Shown here: positions 1 to 9,864 of the stretch, piece by piece
How the letters are laid out: each line of letters opens with the position of its first letter
How positions within the stretch are numbered: position 1 is the first letter of the stretch
Source of the DNA: an uncultured Chthoniobacterales bacterium
Lineage (GTDB): Bacteria; Verrucomicrobiota; Verrucomicrobiia; Chthoniobacterales; JAATET01
Assembly (NCBI GenBank): GCA_964247025.1
Contig: CAXTSM010000001.1
Coordinates: 92,050 to 156,049, forward strand
Direction of reading: 5' to 3'
DNA length: 64,000 bases
The notes under the pieces: generated by a model
Databases searched by the model: none
What the model saw: the letters and a program-made list of their open reading frames with translations, nothing else
What the model was told of the DNA's origin: nothing
Position numbers and translations under genes: made by a program

Positions 1-2
1 CC

Positions 3-3000
3 GCCGACTTCACCGAGTCCCGCCGCCTCCGCGTGCGGCGGGGCGACGTCTTCGTCGGCGGCCTGGCGCACGCGCACGAATTCCTGCTCTCGGCCGACGC
101 GGGCTCGATCACGGTCGGCGGCTCGATCGACGCCTCCGGCGAACGCGGTGGCGTCATCGGATTGAGCGCCTCCGGCAGTCTCGTCCTGACCTCGACGGCC
201 GACCTCACGGTCGCCGCGGACCAGTTCGACGCCGCCGGCAAGGGCGGCGCCATCTCGCTCGCCGCCGGCTCGGAGATCGACGGCGTGATCGATCCGGCCG
301 CCCTGCTCGACCTGCGCCGCGGGGCGATGATCGACCTCGGCGTGGCGGCGCAGACCCCCGCCAGCGCGGCGGCGGGCGACTTCTCGGGCACGCTCCACCT
401 GCGCGCCCCCCAGCTCGCCGACGGCTCCGATCTCCGCCTCGCGGCCATCGACGCCACCATCCGCGGCGCTTCGAGCATCGAGGCCGAGGGCTACAAATTG
501 TTCGACCTCACGCCGTCCGACCCCGCCGCCCCGGCCGCCACGATCACCACCGCGATCCAGAACGCCGTGAAGGCCAGCGGCGTCGCCTTCCTCGGCGACG
601 GCGCCGTCGAGACGGCAGCCTACGCGGCCATGCACGACCGCCTGCTCGCCCACAATGCGCGGCTCGATTCCCTCTTCACCATCCGCGCCGGGGCCGAACT
701 CATCAACCGCACCGGCGACCTCCTCCTCGGCTCCGCGAACTCCGACGGCTTCGGCAATTGGAACCTGCAAACCGATCGCTTCGGCCCTCGCCGCGCCCCG
801 GGCGTGCTCACGCTGCGGGCGAAAGGCGACCTCGTCTTCAACAACGCCCTGCAGGACGGCTTCGACGTCGCGAACGCCGGCCGCGCCTACCTCGCGCCGC
901 TCCTGGCCGCGAATCCGCTCCTGCCCGTGAACGCCCAGTCCTGGTCCTTCCACCTCACCGCCGGCGCCGACCTCGGCGCCGCCGATTACCGCCGCGTGCT
1001 GGCGCTGCCGCGGCTCGCCGACGGCAAGGGCTCGCTGCTCCTCGGAAAAAACGCGGTCCTCGCCACGGCGGGCGCGGGCGACGATGGCACGATCCGCGAC
1101 GCGCTCGGCGCGGGCGGGAAGTATTATCAGGTCATCCGCACCGGCAGCGGCGACATCGACATCTCCGCGGGCCGCGACGTGCTGTTCCGGAATCAATTCG
1201 CGGCCATCTACACCGCGGGCACCCTCGTCGACGACGCCACGCTGAACGGCCGCTTCGACCTGCCGATCCCCAGCGACAACGGCATCTCCTCGTACTATCC
1301 GCCGCAATATTCCCTCGCCGGCGGCGACGTCTCCATCTTCGCGCAAAACGACATCAGCCACGTCACGCTCCTCAATGGCGCCACCGAGCCGGTCGACGAC
1401 TCGTCCCGGCAGCTGCCGATGAACTGGCTGATGCGGCGCGGATTCGTCGATCCCGCCACCGGCCAGTTCGGCCGCGCGATCTACGGCGACATCGCCTCCA
1501 CCACCTGGTGGGTGAACTTCTCGAACTTCTTCGAGGGCGTCGGCGCCCTCGGCGGCGGCAACGTCTCGCTCTTCGCCGGCCGCGACGTGAAGAATATCGA
1601 CGCCGTCGCGCCCACGAACGCGCGCCTGCCGATCGGCCGCCCCGACGCCAGCCGGCTGGTGGAACTCGGCGGCGGCGACGTCCGCGTCCGCTCCGGCCGC
1701 GACATCGACGGCGGCGTCTATTACGCCGAGCGCGGCGACATCGCGCTGGACGCGGGCCGCGTCATCACGACGAACGCCACCCGGTCGCCGTCCCTCACGA
1801 TCCTCACCACCGAGGACCCCCTGCCAGCCGCCACCTGGCTGCCGACGACCCTGTTCCTCGGCCGGGGGAACGCCTTCGTCCAGGCCCTCGGCGACGTGCT
1901 GCTTGGGCCGACCGTCAACGCCTTCCTCCTCCCCGGCGGACTGACCAACACCTTCTGGTACAAAACCTATTTTTCCACCTACGGCCCGGAGACCGCCGTC
2001 AACGTGACCTCCGTCGGCGGCAGCGTCACCCTGCGCGAGAGCGCCACGCTGCCGACCGACAGCGGCCCGCTCCCGATCCTCCAGACCTGGTTGAGAAACG
2101 TGATGGTGTTGAACGCCAAAACTGCCGCGTATTACCACCCCTGGATCCGGCTCAACGAGACCGACGTGGATTCCTTCGACCTCGCCGCCTCCCTGCTCCC
2201 GCCCACCCTGCGGGTCTCCGCCCTTTCCGGGGACATCGATCTCGTCGGCGATCTCACCCTTTCGCCCGCCGCCCGCGGCACCCTCGACCTCGTCGCCTCC
2301 GGCGCCATCAACGGTCTCCAGCCCAACGGCGAACTCACCGATCTCGACGGCCCGGTCACCGCCTGGAGCTCCTCCCGCGTCAACCTCTCCGACGCCAATC
2401 CCGCCGCCATCCCCGGGGTCGCGACGCCGTTCGCCTACCAGTCCCTCGTCGGCGCCGTGCCGAGCGCGGGCATCTCCGGCTTCCAGTTCCTTTCGTTCAT
2501 CGACAACCTTTTCGCGGAGACCGGCTCCCTCGCCACCGTCCTCCAGACCAAGCAGTCCCTCCACGGCCGCGAGCTCCTTCACGCCGGGGATCCCGACCCG
2601 CTCCACCTCTACGCGCGGGAAGGCGACATCACCGGGCTCACGCTCTTCGCCGGAAAATCCGCCCGCATCGTCGCCGGCAACGACATTTCCGACATCGCCT
2701 TCTACCTTCAAAACGTCGCCGACCGCGACGTCAGCGTCGTCTCCGCCGGCCGCGATATCGTGGCCTACAATGCGAACACTCCCTCCCGCACCGCCGCGCA
2801 GGCCGCCGGAAACATCCTGAACATCGGCGAGTCGCCCCTCGCGGGCGACATCCAGCTCGGCGGCCCGGGCGCCCTCGAGGTGCTGGCCGGCCGCGACCTC
2901 GATCTCGGCACCGGCGCCAACAACGCCGACGGCACCGGCACCGGCATCGTCACCATCGGCAACGCCCGCAACCCCTACCTGCCCTTCGACGGGGCCAGCC

Positions 3001-4091
3001 TCACGATCGGCGCCGGCGTCGGCCCATCCCACGGCCTCGCGGGCAGCGCCCTCGACTTCGATGCGTTCATCGACACCTATGTTCGCGGCCCCGCGGGCGA
3101 GCGTTATTTCGCGAGCCTTTCCGCCGACGGCGGGAACGAGGCGCTCACCCTGGCCGCTTTCGAATCCCTTGCTCCGGACGCCCAGCGCCGCGCGGCGCTC
3201 GACGTGTTTTATCGCGTGCTCCGGGACACGGGTCGCGATTACAACGACCCTTCGAGCGCCCGCTATCGCGACCTCTCCGCGTATCAGGCCGGTTACGACG
3301 CCATCGACACGCTCTTCGGCGCCGGTCCGTTCCAGGGTGAAATCAAGACGGAATCCCGCGACATCCGCACGAAGTCCGGCGGCGATCTCACCATCTTCGC
3401 CCCCGGCGGCGGTCTCGAGCTCGCCGCCGGCAACCCCGACGAAGCCCCGCTGGCCCCCCCCGGCATCATCACGGAAACCGGCGGGAACGTGAGCATCTTC
3501 ACCGACGGCGACGTCGACATTGGCGTGGGTCGCATCTTCACCCTGCGCGGCGGCGACCTGGTCATCTGGTCCTCCCACGGCGACATCGCCGCCGGCTCGG
3601 CTTCGAAAACCGTGGCCTCCGCCCCGCCGACCCGCGTCCTCATCGATCCGCAAAGCGCCGACGTCGAGACCGATCTCGCCGGTCTTTCCACCGGCGGCGG
3701 CATCGGCGTGCTCGCGACCGTGGCCGGGGTTCCGCCTGGTTTCGTGGACCTCGTCGCCCCGGTCGGCGTCGTGGACGCGGGCGACGCCGGCATCCGGGCC
3801 ACCGGCGGGGTGAACATCGCCGCCGAAGCCGTGCTGAATGCCGGGAACATCACGTCCCCCAGCGTCGCCGGCGTGCCGACCGTCGCCCCCGTGGCCGCCC
3901 CAAATCTGGCCGGGCTGACCTCCGCGAACACCACCGCAGGAGCCGCGAACAGCGCCGCGAACGATCTCGCGAACCAGGCCCGTCAGCCACCCGCGCCGGA
4001 GGAGATGCCTTCCACCATCACGGTCGAGGTGCTCGGCTACGGCGGATCGGAGGACAGCGCCCGCGCCGCGATCCCGCGCGATGGCGCCTGA
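3..4091 (+). CDS. Filamentous haemagglutinin (FhaB)-family exoprotein, C-terminal about 1350 aa; 5' end lies outside the window
   Basis: The frame is open from nt 3 with no upstream stop. The protein is Gly/Asp/Ala-rich and beta-helix-like, with repeated 'GGDV/GRDI' motifs. The C-terminal block 'GGDLVIWSSHGDIAAGSASKT...VDLVAPVGVVDAGDAGIRATGGVNIAAEAVLNAGNI' is typical of FhaB-family proteins. Confidence 0.8.
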   Translation, partial: ADFTESRRLRVRRGDVFVGGLAHAHEFLLSADAGSITVGGSIDASGERGGVIGLSASGSLVLTSTADLTVAADQFDAAGKGGAISLAAGSEIDGVIDPAALLDLRRGAMIDLGVAAQTPASAAAGDFSGTLHLRAPQLADGSDLRLAAIDATIRGASSIEAEGYKLFDLTPSDPAAPAATITTAIQNAVKASGVAFLGDGAVETAAYAAMHDRLLAHNARLDSLFTIRAGAELINRTGDLLLGSANSDGFGNWNLQTDRFGPRRAPGVLTLRAKGDLVFNNALQDGFDVANAGRAYLAPLLAANPLLPVNAQSWSFHLTAGADLGAADYRRVLALPRLADGKGSLLLGKNAVLATAGAGDDGTIRDALGAGGKYYQVIRTGSGDIDISAGRDVLFRNQFAAIYTAGTLVDDATLNGRFDLPIPSDNGISSYYPPQYSLAGGDVSIFAQNDISHVTLLNGATEPVDDSSRQLPMNWLMRRGFVDPATGQFGRAIYGDIASTTWWVNFSNFFEGVGALGGGNVSLFAGRDVKNIDAVAPTNARLPIGRPDASRLVELGGGDVRVRSGRDIDGGVYYAERGDIALDAGRVITTNATRSPSLTILTTEDPLPAATWLPTTLFLGRGNAFVQALGDVLLGPTVNAFLLPGGLTNTFWYKTYFSTYGPETAVNVTSVGGSVTLRESATLPTDSGPLPILQTWLRNVMVLNAKTAAYYHPWIRLNETDVDSFDLAASLLPPTLRVSALSGDIDLVGDLTLSPAARGTLDLVASGAINGLQPNGELTDLDGPVTAWSSSRVNLSDANPAAIPGVATPFAYQSLVGAVPSAGISGFQFLSFIDNLFAETGSLATVLQTKQSLHGRELLHAGDPDPLHLYAREGDITGLTLFAGKSARIVAGNDISDIAFYLQNVADRDVSVVSAGRDIVAYNANTPSRTAAQAAGNILNIGESPLAGDIQLGGPGALEVLAGRDLDLGTGANNADGTGTGIVTIGNARNPYLPFDGASLTIGAGVGPSHGLAGSALDFDAFIDTYVRGPAGERYFASLSADGGNEALTLAAFESLAPDAQRRAALDVFYRVLRDTGRDYNDPSSARYRDLSAYQAGYDAIDTLFGAGPFQGEIKTESRDIRTKSGGDLTIFAPGGGLELAAGNPDEAPLAPPGIITETGGNVSIFTDGDVDIGVGRIFTLRGGDLVIWSSHGDIAAGSASKTVASAPPTRVLIDPQSADVETDLAGLSTGGGIGVLATVAGVPPGFVDLVAPVGVVDAGDAGIRATGGVNIAAEAVLNAGNITSPSVAGVPTVAPVAAPNLAGLTSANTTAGAANSAANDLANQARQPPAPEEMPSTITVEVLGYGGSEDSARAAIPRDGA

Positions 4092-4150
4092 CCGCGCGCG
4101 CTTTTTTGCATCGAACCGCGGATGCCTTCGGCCCACGATCCCTCCCCGAC

Positions 4151-4513
4151 ATGATTCGCACCTCGATCTTTCGCGTCACCGCCTACAGCGCCAGCACCTC
4201 CCATTTCACCGTGTGCGCCGAGCGCGCGGCGCATTTGCACCAATTCCTGACGTCCCAAGGCATCCACGTGGAGCCCATGGTCGAAGCCACCGGCACGATT
4301 CTCCGCGGCTACGTCGACGAAGCCGACGCCATGTGCCTGGACGCCGAGCCCGCCATCATCACCTTCGTCGCCGACGCCACGCCGATCATGTTGCAGCCCC
4401 TGCTCCAGCTCTGGTTCTCCGCGTCAGGTGCAGCCCCGAAGCACGAAGAGAATCAACAGGACGGGAACGGGAATGCCGATGAGCCACATCGCGACCCATC
4501 CCCAGGCGCCTGA
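4151..4513 (+). CDS. Hypothetical protein downstream of the FhaB-like gene
   Basis: I place the start at MIRTSIFRV within ORF 4106..4513. Third-position GC is high up to about nt 4420. The last ~30 codons (low-complexity tail) are antisense to a better-looking small ORF, so the 3' end is uncertain. Confidence 0.35.
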   Translation: MIRTSIFRVTAYSASTSHFTVCAERAAHLHQFLTSQGIHVEPMVEATGTILRGYVDEADAMCLDAEPAIITFVADATPIMLQPLLQLWFSASGAAPKHEENQQDGNGNADEPHRDPSPGA

Positions 4514-4540
4514 TTGCGTCTTGCCGTAGAGGTATTTCAT
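4424..4540 (-). CDS. Small (38 aa) single-pass membrane protein, below the ORF-track length cutoff
   Basis: My own translation gives MKYLYGKTQSGAWGWVAMWLIGIPVPVLLILFVLRGCT. It has a clear hydrophobic helix and high third-position GC (about 30 of 38 codons). It overlaps the tail of 4151..4513 convergently. Confidence 0.45.
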   Translation of the reverse strand: MKYLYGKTQSGAWGWVAMWLIGIPVPVLLILFVLRGCT

Positions 4541-4627
4541 CGTCGGAGGTTCGCGCTTCCCCGATCCCCCGGACGCCTCCAGGCCCCGACCAATGAATAA
4601 GCGACCGCGCCCCGCGTTAGCGCTTCC

Positions 4628-4894
4628 ATGAAAATCCCTCTCCGCGGCCCGGCCCTGTCGTCCCTGGCCGCAAGCTTCGCCTTGCTCGGCGGGTGCGCGC
4701 TCTACGGTCCCGATGGCTCGGCCGCCGTGCTTCTGCCGCCCCCGCCGCCCATCGTCGTCGCCGCCCCGCCGGCCGTCGTCGTTGCCAGCCCGGTCTACGC
4801 GTACCGGCCCGCTTACGGCTATTACCGCGGCGGCTATTATAACCGTGGCTACTACCGCGGCGGGTACGGCTATCGCGGCTATGGCTGGCGATGA
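4628..4894 (+). CDS. Small lipoprotein with a Pro-rich linker and a Gly/Tyr/Arg-rich tail
   Basis: Signal peptide with lipobox 'LLGGC', a PPPPP stretch, then a 'YYRGGYYNRGYYRGGYGYRGYGWR' tail. Codon usage looks genuine. Confidence 0.5.
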   Translation: MKIPLRGPALSSLAASFALLGGCALYGPDGSAAVLLPPPPPIVVAAPPAVVVASPVYAYRPAYGYYRGGYYNRGYYRGGYGYRGYGWR

Positions 4895-4980
4895 TCGCGC
4901 CGTGAAGCTTTTCCCGCGCTCGACTTCCGCCCATTTTGGCCGAGGGTGACGGCTCGAAAGCTGCTTTCCTCTTCCGCCCC

Positions 4981-5808
4981 ATGCGTCTTCTCCTCGCCCT
5001 CTCCTGCTGGTTCGCCCTGTCGCTTCCCGCCTTCGCCTCGCCTCTCACCGTGGTCACCTGGAATACGAAATGGCTGCCCGGCGGCCGACCCGACGCGGGC
5101 GAAAAAGCCAAGGCCAACCAGATGAAAAAGGCGCAGGCCATCGTCAAGGCGCTCGATCCCGACATCCTCCTGCTCCAAGAGGTCGCCGACTGGAAGGCCG
5201 CGCAGGAGCTCTGCTCGGTCGTTCCCGGCCTCACCGTCCAGACCGTCAGCAACTTCACGACGCGCCCGCAAAATCTCGTCGTCGCCTCGAAGACGCCCGC
5301 CGATTCCTCCTGGTGGTCGCCGTGGAAGCCCACCCTCGGGCCCGACCTCCCGCCGCGCGGCTACGCCTTCGCCGCCTTGAAAATGCCCGGCGGAGGCTTT
5401 CTCCTCACCTACTCCGTCCACCTCAAAAGCAACCTCGGCGGCATCGCGCCGAACGTAAAAACGCGCGAGGAAGGCGCCCGGCAGCTCGTCGCCCACATCC
5501 AGGCCATGACCGCCCTTTACGCCCCCCGCGGGAAAGTTTCCATCCTCGTGGGCGGCGACTTCAATTCCGACCCCGCCGACCCCCGCTACGCCGCCGACCA
5601 CACCCTCGCCACGCTCTGGGATTCCGGCCTCGACTGGGCCTGGAAAGGCGCGCCGCACCGCGAGGCCGTCACCATCCCCGCCTCGCGCGACTACCCCTCC
5701 GGCACGTTCGACCACATCTTTTCCCGCGGCCTGAAGCTCGCGCGCGTGAAATCCCCCGACGGCTCCGCCTCCAGCGACCACAACCCCGTCGTCGCCGTCT
5801 TCCAGTAG
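4981..5808 (+). CDS. Secreted endonuclease/exonuclease/phosphatase (EEP) family protein
   Basis: Start placed at MRLLLALSCWFALSLPAFA (signal peptide). EEP motifs seen: 'VVTWNTKWL', 'ILLLQEV', 'GGDFNSD' and C-terminal 'SDHNPVVAVF'. Confidence 0.8.
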   Translation: MRLLLALSCWFALSLPAFASPLTVVTWNTKWLPGGRPDAGEKAKANQMKKAQAIVKALDPDILLLQEVADWKAAQELCSVVPGLTVQTVSNFTTRPQNLVVASKTPADSSWWSPWKPTLGPDLPPRGYAFAALKMPGGGFLLTYSVHLKSNLGGIAPNVKTREEGARQLVAHIQAMTALYAPRGKVSILVGGDFNSDPADPRYAADHTLATLWDSGLDWAWKGAPHREAVTIPASRDYPSGTFDHIFSRGLKLARVKSPDGSASSDHNPVVAVFQ

Positions 5809-5969
5809 CACCGCGCCACCTTCGTTCTCGCGGCCCGCGCCCGTCGCCTGTTAGATGCCCGGATGCGCGTCCGAACCCAGCTGGCCATCGCCCCGTCGGC
5901 GCGCGCCGGTTTCCCCGCGGCCCTCGTCCGCGCGTCGCCGATGAAAATCCTCCCGCTCGCCGATTGATC

Positions 5970-6605
5970 ATGCGCGACGCCTGGCTGCAGTGGATGACCC
6001 AAAGCCTCGACTGGGTGGAAAAAAGCGGCTGGCTCGGGTGGCTCGTCTTCATCGCGATCTACACCGTCACCTGCGTGCTGTTCCTGCCCGGCTCCGTGCT
6101 CACCGTCGGCGCCGGCGCGATCTACGGCTTCTGGGGCGGCACGCTCCTCGTCTCCATCAGCAACCTCGTGGGGGCCGTCGTCAATTTCCTCACCAGCCGC
6201 TACCTCCTCCGCGCGTGGCTGCAGCGCCGCTTCGCGCACAACCGGAAATTCCACGCCCTCGACGACGCCATCGCCGAGGGCGGCTGGCGCATCCTGCTGC
6301 TCAGCCGCATCTCGCCGGTCGTGCCGCACAGCGTCGTGAGCTACGCCTGCGGCCTCACCCGGCTGTCGCTCGCGAAATTCTCCCTCGCCTCGTGGCTGGG
6401 CTTCATCCCCATCAGCGCCGCGTATTCCTACGCCGGCGCCTTCCTCGGCAAATTCGCCCGCCTTCATCTCGGCCGGTCCCACGGCGGGGAATCCTCGGTG
6501 ACGTGGGCGCTCTACGCCCTCGGCCTGGTCGTCACGCTCGTCGTCACCGTCTGGTCCACGCGCCTCGCCGCGCGCGCGCTGAACGTCAAGCCGCCTCCTT
6601 CGTGA
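5970..6605 (+). CDS. TVP38/TMEM64 (DedA-related) family membrane protein
   Basis: An internal ATG of ORF 5070..6605 opens 'MRDAWLQWMTQSLDWVEKSGWLGWLVFIAIYTVTCVLFLPGSVLTVGAGAIYG', a multi-TM protein. The upstream part of the ORF is Arg/Pro junk. Confidence 0.8.
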   Translation: MRDAWLQWMTQSLDWVEKSGWLGWLVFIAIYTVTCVLFLPGSVLTVGAGAIYGFWGGTLLVSISNLVGAVVNFLTSRYLLRAWLQRRFAHNRKFHALDDAIAEGGWRILLLSRISPVVPHSVVSYACGLTRLSLAKFSLASWLGFIPISAAYSYAGAFLGKFARLHLGRSHGGESSVTWALYALGLVVTLVVTVWSTRLAARALNVKPPPS

Positions 6606-6638
6606 AAAGCGGGAAACGACGAAGCGCTTCCGGCGCCG

Positions 6639-8435
6639 TCACGCCTCGGCGGCGAGGCGCAGCGCGTCGAGCTCCTCCCACCGCGCGTAGGCCGCCTTCG
6701 TGCGGGCCTCGAGCTCCTTCGCCTCGACCTCGAGCTTGGGCAGAATCCCCGGCTCGCGCTGATACGTCTCCGGCGCGAGCAAACGCGCGGCGACCGCGGC
6801 TTGCTCGGCCTCCAGTTTTTCGATGACGCCCGGCAGCGACTCGAGCTCCGCGCGCTCGCGGTTCAGGAACTTGCGCGCCTTTTCCATTTTGGCCCGGGGC
6901 TTCTCCCCGACGGGATCGAGCGCCGGTTTTTCGGCCGCGACCTTGCGCATCCGCACCCAATCCTCGTAGCCGCCCGGGTATTCCGCAACGTGGCCCCCGC
7001 CCTCGAAGATCAGCGTGCTCGTCACGACGTTGTTCAGGAATTCGCGATCGTGCGAGACGAGCAGCAGCGTGCCGGCGTAGTCGATGAGCAGCTCCTCGAG
7101 CAGCTCGAGCGTCTCGGCGTCGAGGTCGTTGGTCGGCTCGTCGAGCACGAGGACGTTCGCCGGCTGGAGGAACAAGCGCGCGAGCAGCAGGCGGTTGCGC
7201 TCGCCGCCCGAGAGCAGTTTCGCCGGCATGCGGATGCGGTCCGAGCGGAACAGGAAGTCGTTCAGGTAGCTGTGAATGTGGCGGTCGCGGCCCTGGAAGG
7301 TCACGCGCTCCGAGTCGCCCGCGACGTTTTGCGCGACCGTCTTGTCGCCGTCGATCTGGTCGCGCAACTGGTCGAGGTAGACGACCTGCAACGCCGTGCC
7401 GATCTTCACCGCGCCGTCCCGCGGCGGCAGCTTGCCGAGCAGCAGGCGCAGCAGCGTCGTCTTGCCCGTGCCGTTCGGCCCGATGATGCCGATCTTGTCG
7501 CCGCGCCAGATCGTCGCGGTGAAATCGCGGACGATGGGATCTTCGCCGTAATCGAAGCTCACGCCCTTGGCCTCGATGACCTTCTGGCCGGACATCGCGC
7601 CCTCGGAGAGTTCGATCCGCGCCTTGCCGTCGCGCTCGCGGCGGGCGCTGCGCTCCTTGCGCAGCTTGAGGAGCGCGGTGACGCGGCCCTCGTTGCGCGT
7701 GCGGCGGGCCTTGACGCCCTGGCGGAGCCAGGCCTCCTCCTGCGCGAGTTTTTTGTCGAACGCGGCCCACTGCTTTTCCTCGGCCTCCAGCGCCGCGGCC
7801 TTCCGCTCGAGGAACTGATCGTAGCCGCACGACCAGCTCGTGAGCTTGCCGCGGTCGAGCTCCACGATGCGGGTGGCGAGCTTGCGCAGAAACGCCCGGT
7901 CGTGGGTGACGAAAAAGAGCGTGATGCCCTTCGCGAGCAGGAATCTCTCGAGCCACAGGATCGACTCGAGGTCGAGGTGGTTCGTCGGCTCGTCGAGCAG
8001 CAGCGCGTCGGGCCGGCCGGCGAGCGCGCGGGCGAGCAGCACGCGGCGCTTCAATCCGCCGGAAAGCGACGTGAACTCCGCCGGCTCGGGCAATTTCATC
8101 TCCTCGGCCAGCGTGTAGAGGCGGTGGTCGATCTCCCAATCCTCCTCGTGCCGCTCGGGCGAGACGCCGGCGCGGATCACCTCCTCGACGCGGCCGGTGA
8201 TGTCGGCGGGAATCTCCTGTTCCAGCCGCGTGATGACGGTGCCGCCCGGCCGGATGACCTCGCCGCCGCTCGGCGTTTCCTCGCCCGTGAGCACGCGCAT
8301 GAGGCTGGTCTTGCCCGCGCCGTTGCGGCCGATGAGACAGACGCGCTCGCCGGGATCGATCTGGAAATCGACCTGGTCGAGCACGGGGGCGCCGCCGTAG
8401 CGGAGGGTGAGATTGCGAAGCTGGAGAACGGGCAT
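6639..8435 (-). CDS. uup: ABC-F family ATPase, Uup-like, with two ABC domains and a C-terminal coiled coil
   Basis: Two Walker A motifs ('GRNGAGKTS', 'GPNGTGKTT'), signatures 'LSGGLKRR' and 'LSGGERNR', no TM domain, and a coiled-coil C-terminal domain. Confidence 0.88.
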   Translation of the reverse strand: MPVLQLRNLTLRYGGAPVLDQVDFQIDPGERVCLIGRNGAGKTSLMRVLTGEETPSGGEVIRPGGTVITRLEQEIPADITGRVEEVIRAGVSPERHEEDWEIDHRLYTLAEEMKLPEPAEFTSLSGGLKRRVLLARALAGRPDALLLDEPTNHLDLESILWLERFLLAKGITLFFVTHDRAFLRKLATRIVELDRGKLTSWSCGYDQFLERKAAALEAEEKQWAAFDKKLAQEEAWLRQGVKARRTRNEGRVTALLKLRKERSARRERDGKARIELSEGAMSGQKVIEAKGVSFDYGEDPIVRDFTATIWRGDKIGIIGPNGTGKTTLLRLLLGKLPPRDGAVKIGTALQVVYLDQLRDQIDGDKTVAQNVAGDSERVTFQGRDRHIHSYLNDFLFRSDRIRMPAKLLSGGERNRLLLARLFLQPANVLVLDEPTNDLDAETLELLEELLIDYAGTLLLVSHDREFLNNVVTSTLIFEGGGHVAEYPGGYEDWVRMRKVAAEKPALDPVGEKPRAKMEKARKFLNRERAELESLPGVIEKLEAEQAAVAARLLAPETYQREPGILPKLEVEAKELEARTKAAYARWEELDALRLAAEA

Positions 8436-8873
8436 GGAAAGGAGTGAGAACTAAGCAGGATTTGGCCGGGATCGAGAGGATTTACGGGATTCGGGATCTG
8501 AATTTTTCCATTTCCTGACCGCCCGGCGGCTCCGTTCGACCCTTCACCAAACCGGCCTCCCTCGCCCGCCCGCCCATCCACCTCCCGAAGGGGCGGATGA
8601 TGTTTGGCCCATCGCGGCGTCGAAGGCCGATTCGACCTAGGGCGGGTCAATCGAGAGTGCCGACCGCCGCCCGGCCGTCGTGCGTGAGAGGGAGGGCTCC
8701 GTCGCGGGACGCCTTGGGAGAGCGAGCGGCGATCGCCTTCATTGAAATGCGGGGGCAGCGGCAGCGTGTTGTCAGGTCAACGGCGAAGAACAAGGCCGAA
8801 CCCAAACCTCGTCCACGCCGACTTGGTCATGACGCACGCCGAGTTGGTTAACCTCCACACTGACTTGGTTGGC

Positions 8874-8947
8874 ACGAACACCGAACTGATGACGTTCAAC
8901 GCCGGCCGGATGAGAACGAACACCGAGCTGATGACGTTCAACGCCGG
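8874..8947. repeat. Two 32-bp direct repeats (period 42 bp)
   Basis: 'acgaacaccga[a/g]ctgatgacgttcaacgccgg' occurs at 8874..8905 and 8916..8947. Confidence 0.7.
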
Positions 8948-8980
8948 GCTGATTATGGCGGGTGCCGAGCCGATCATGGC

Positions 8981-9680
8981 GCCGCGGTCCGAAAGTCCTT
9001 GTAGCCGCCCCGCTCCGTCGGGGCGCTGGGGGGGCGCGTGATCTCACGCCACACGGCGACGGAGCGCCGTGGCTACAAGGAGACATACCCCGAGGCGCAC
9101 CTCGCCTTCGGGCAAACCGCCGCGGTCCGAAGGTCCTTGTCGCCGCCCCGCTCCGTCGGGGCGCTGGGGGGCGCGTGATCTCGCGCCACACGGCGACGGA
9201 GCGCCGTGGCGACAAGGAAACATGCGGGGCGCGCTTCGTCTTCGGGCAAACCGCCGCGGTCCGAAGGCCCTTGTAGCCGCCCCGCTCCGTCGGGGCGCCG
9301 GGGGGCGCGTGATCTCACGCCACACGGCGACGGAGCGCCGTGGCTACAAAGAAATGTGCCGGGGCGCACCTCGCCTTCGGGCAAACCGCCGCAGTCCGAG
9401 GGTCCTTGTAGCCGCCCCGCTCCGTCGGGGCGCCGGGGGGACGCGTGATCTCGCGCCACACGGCGACGGGGCGCCGTGGCGACAAGGAAACATGCGGGGC
9501 GCGCTTCGTCTTCAGGCAAACCGCCGCGGTCCGAAGGCCCTTGTCGCCGCCCCGCTCCGTCGGGGCGCCGGGGGGCGCGTGATCTCGCGCCACACGGCGA
9601 CGGAGCGCCGTGGCGACAAAGTCGGAGCGCCGTGGCGACAAAGTCGAGGCGCCGCGGCGACAAGGAAACATGGCCGGGAC
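8981..9680. repeat. Tandem array of 5 copies of a ~134-138-bp nested-palindromic REP/MITE-like element
   Basis: Units start at 8981, 9119, 9253, 9388 and 9523. Each contains the closing inverted repeat CCTTGT[A/C]GCC...GGC[T/G]ACAAGG around three small hairpins (GCCCCG-CTCCGT-CGGGGC; GCGTGA-TC-TC[A/G]CGC; CACGGCG-ACGGAG-CGCCGTG). The last unit has its 3' arm triplicated with a ~22-bp period. Confidence 0.85.
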
Positions 9681-9864
9681 GCGTTCCTCCGACGAGGGGC
9701 TTCGTCTTCGCGCGGGCGCGAAAAAAAGCCGGGCGAACCGGCGCGCGGCGGCAGCGGACGGAAAGACGCCCTCCCGCATCGCCGGGGCGCCGGAGGGTGA
9801 CCGCGGCTCCCCGGCAAAATGTCCACCCGCGTCTCCGCCCGCGTCATCTGAACGTCGATCCGCC

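Noticed and set aside
758-3340. 860-aa plus-strand ORF inside the FhaB-like gene (and similar ORFs 620..844, 3061..3492, 3293..3934).
   Set aside because: The translation is extreme Arg/Pro/Gly/His-rich low-complexity sequence, typical of an off-frame read of high-GC coding DNA. The 33..4091 frame carries the recognisable FhaB-family motifs.
6586-8447. Long ORFs 6586..8139 (-) and 6801..8447 (+) overlapping uup.
   Set aside because: They are alternate-frame or antisense reads (Arg/Ala/Glu-rich, no motifs). Only the 6639..8435 frame contains the ABC Walker and signature motifs.
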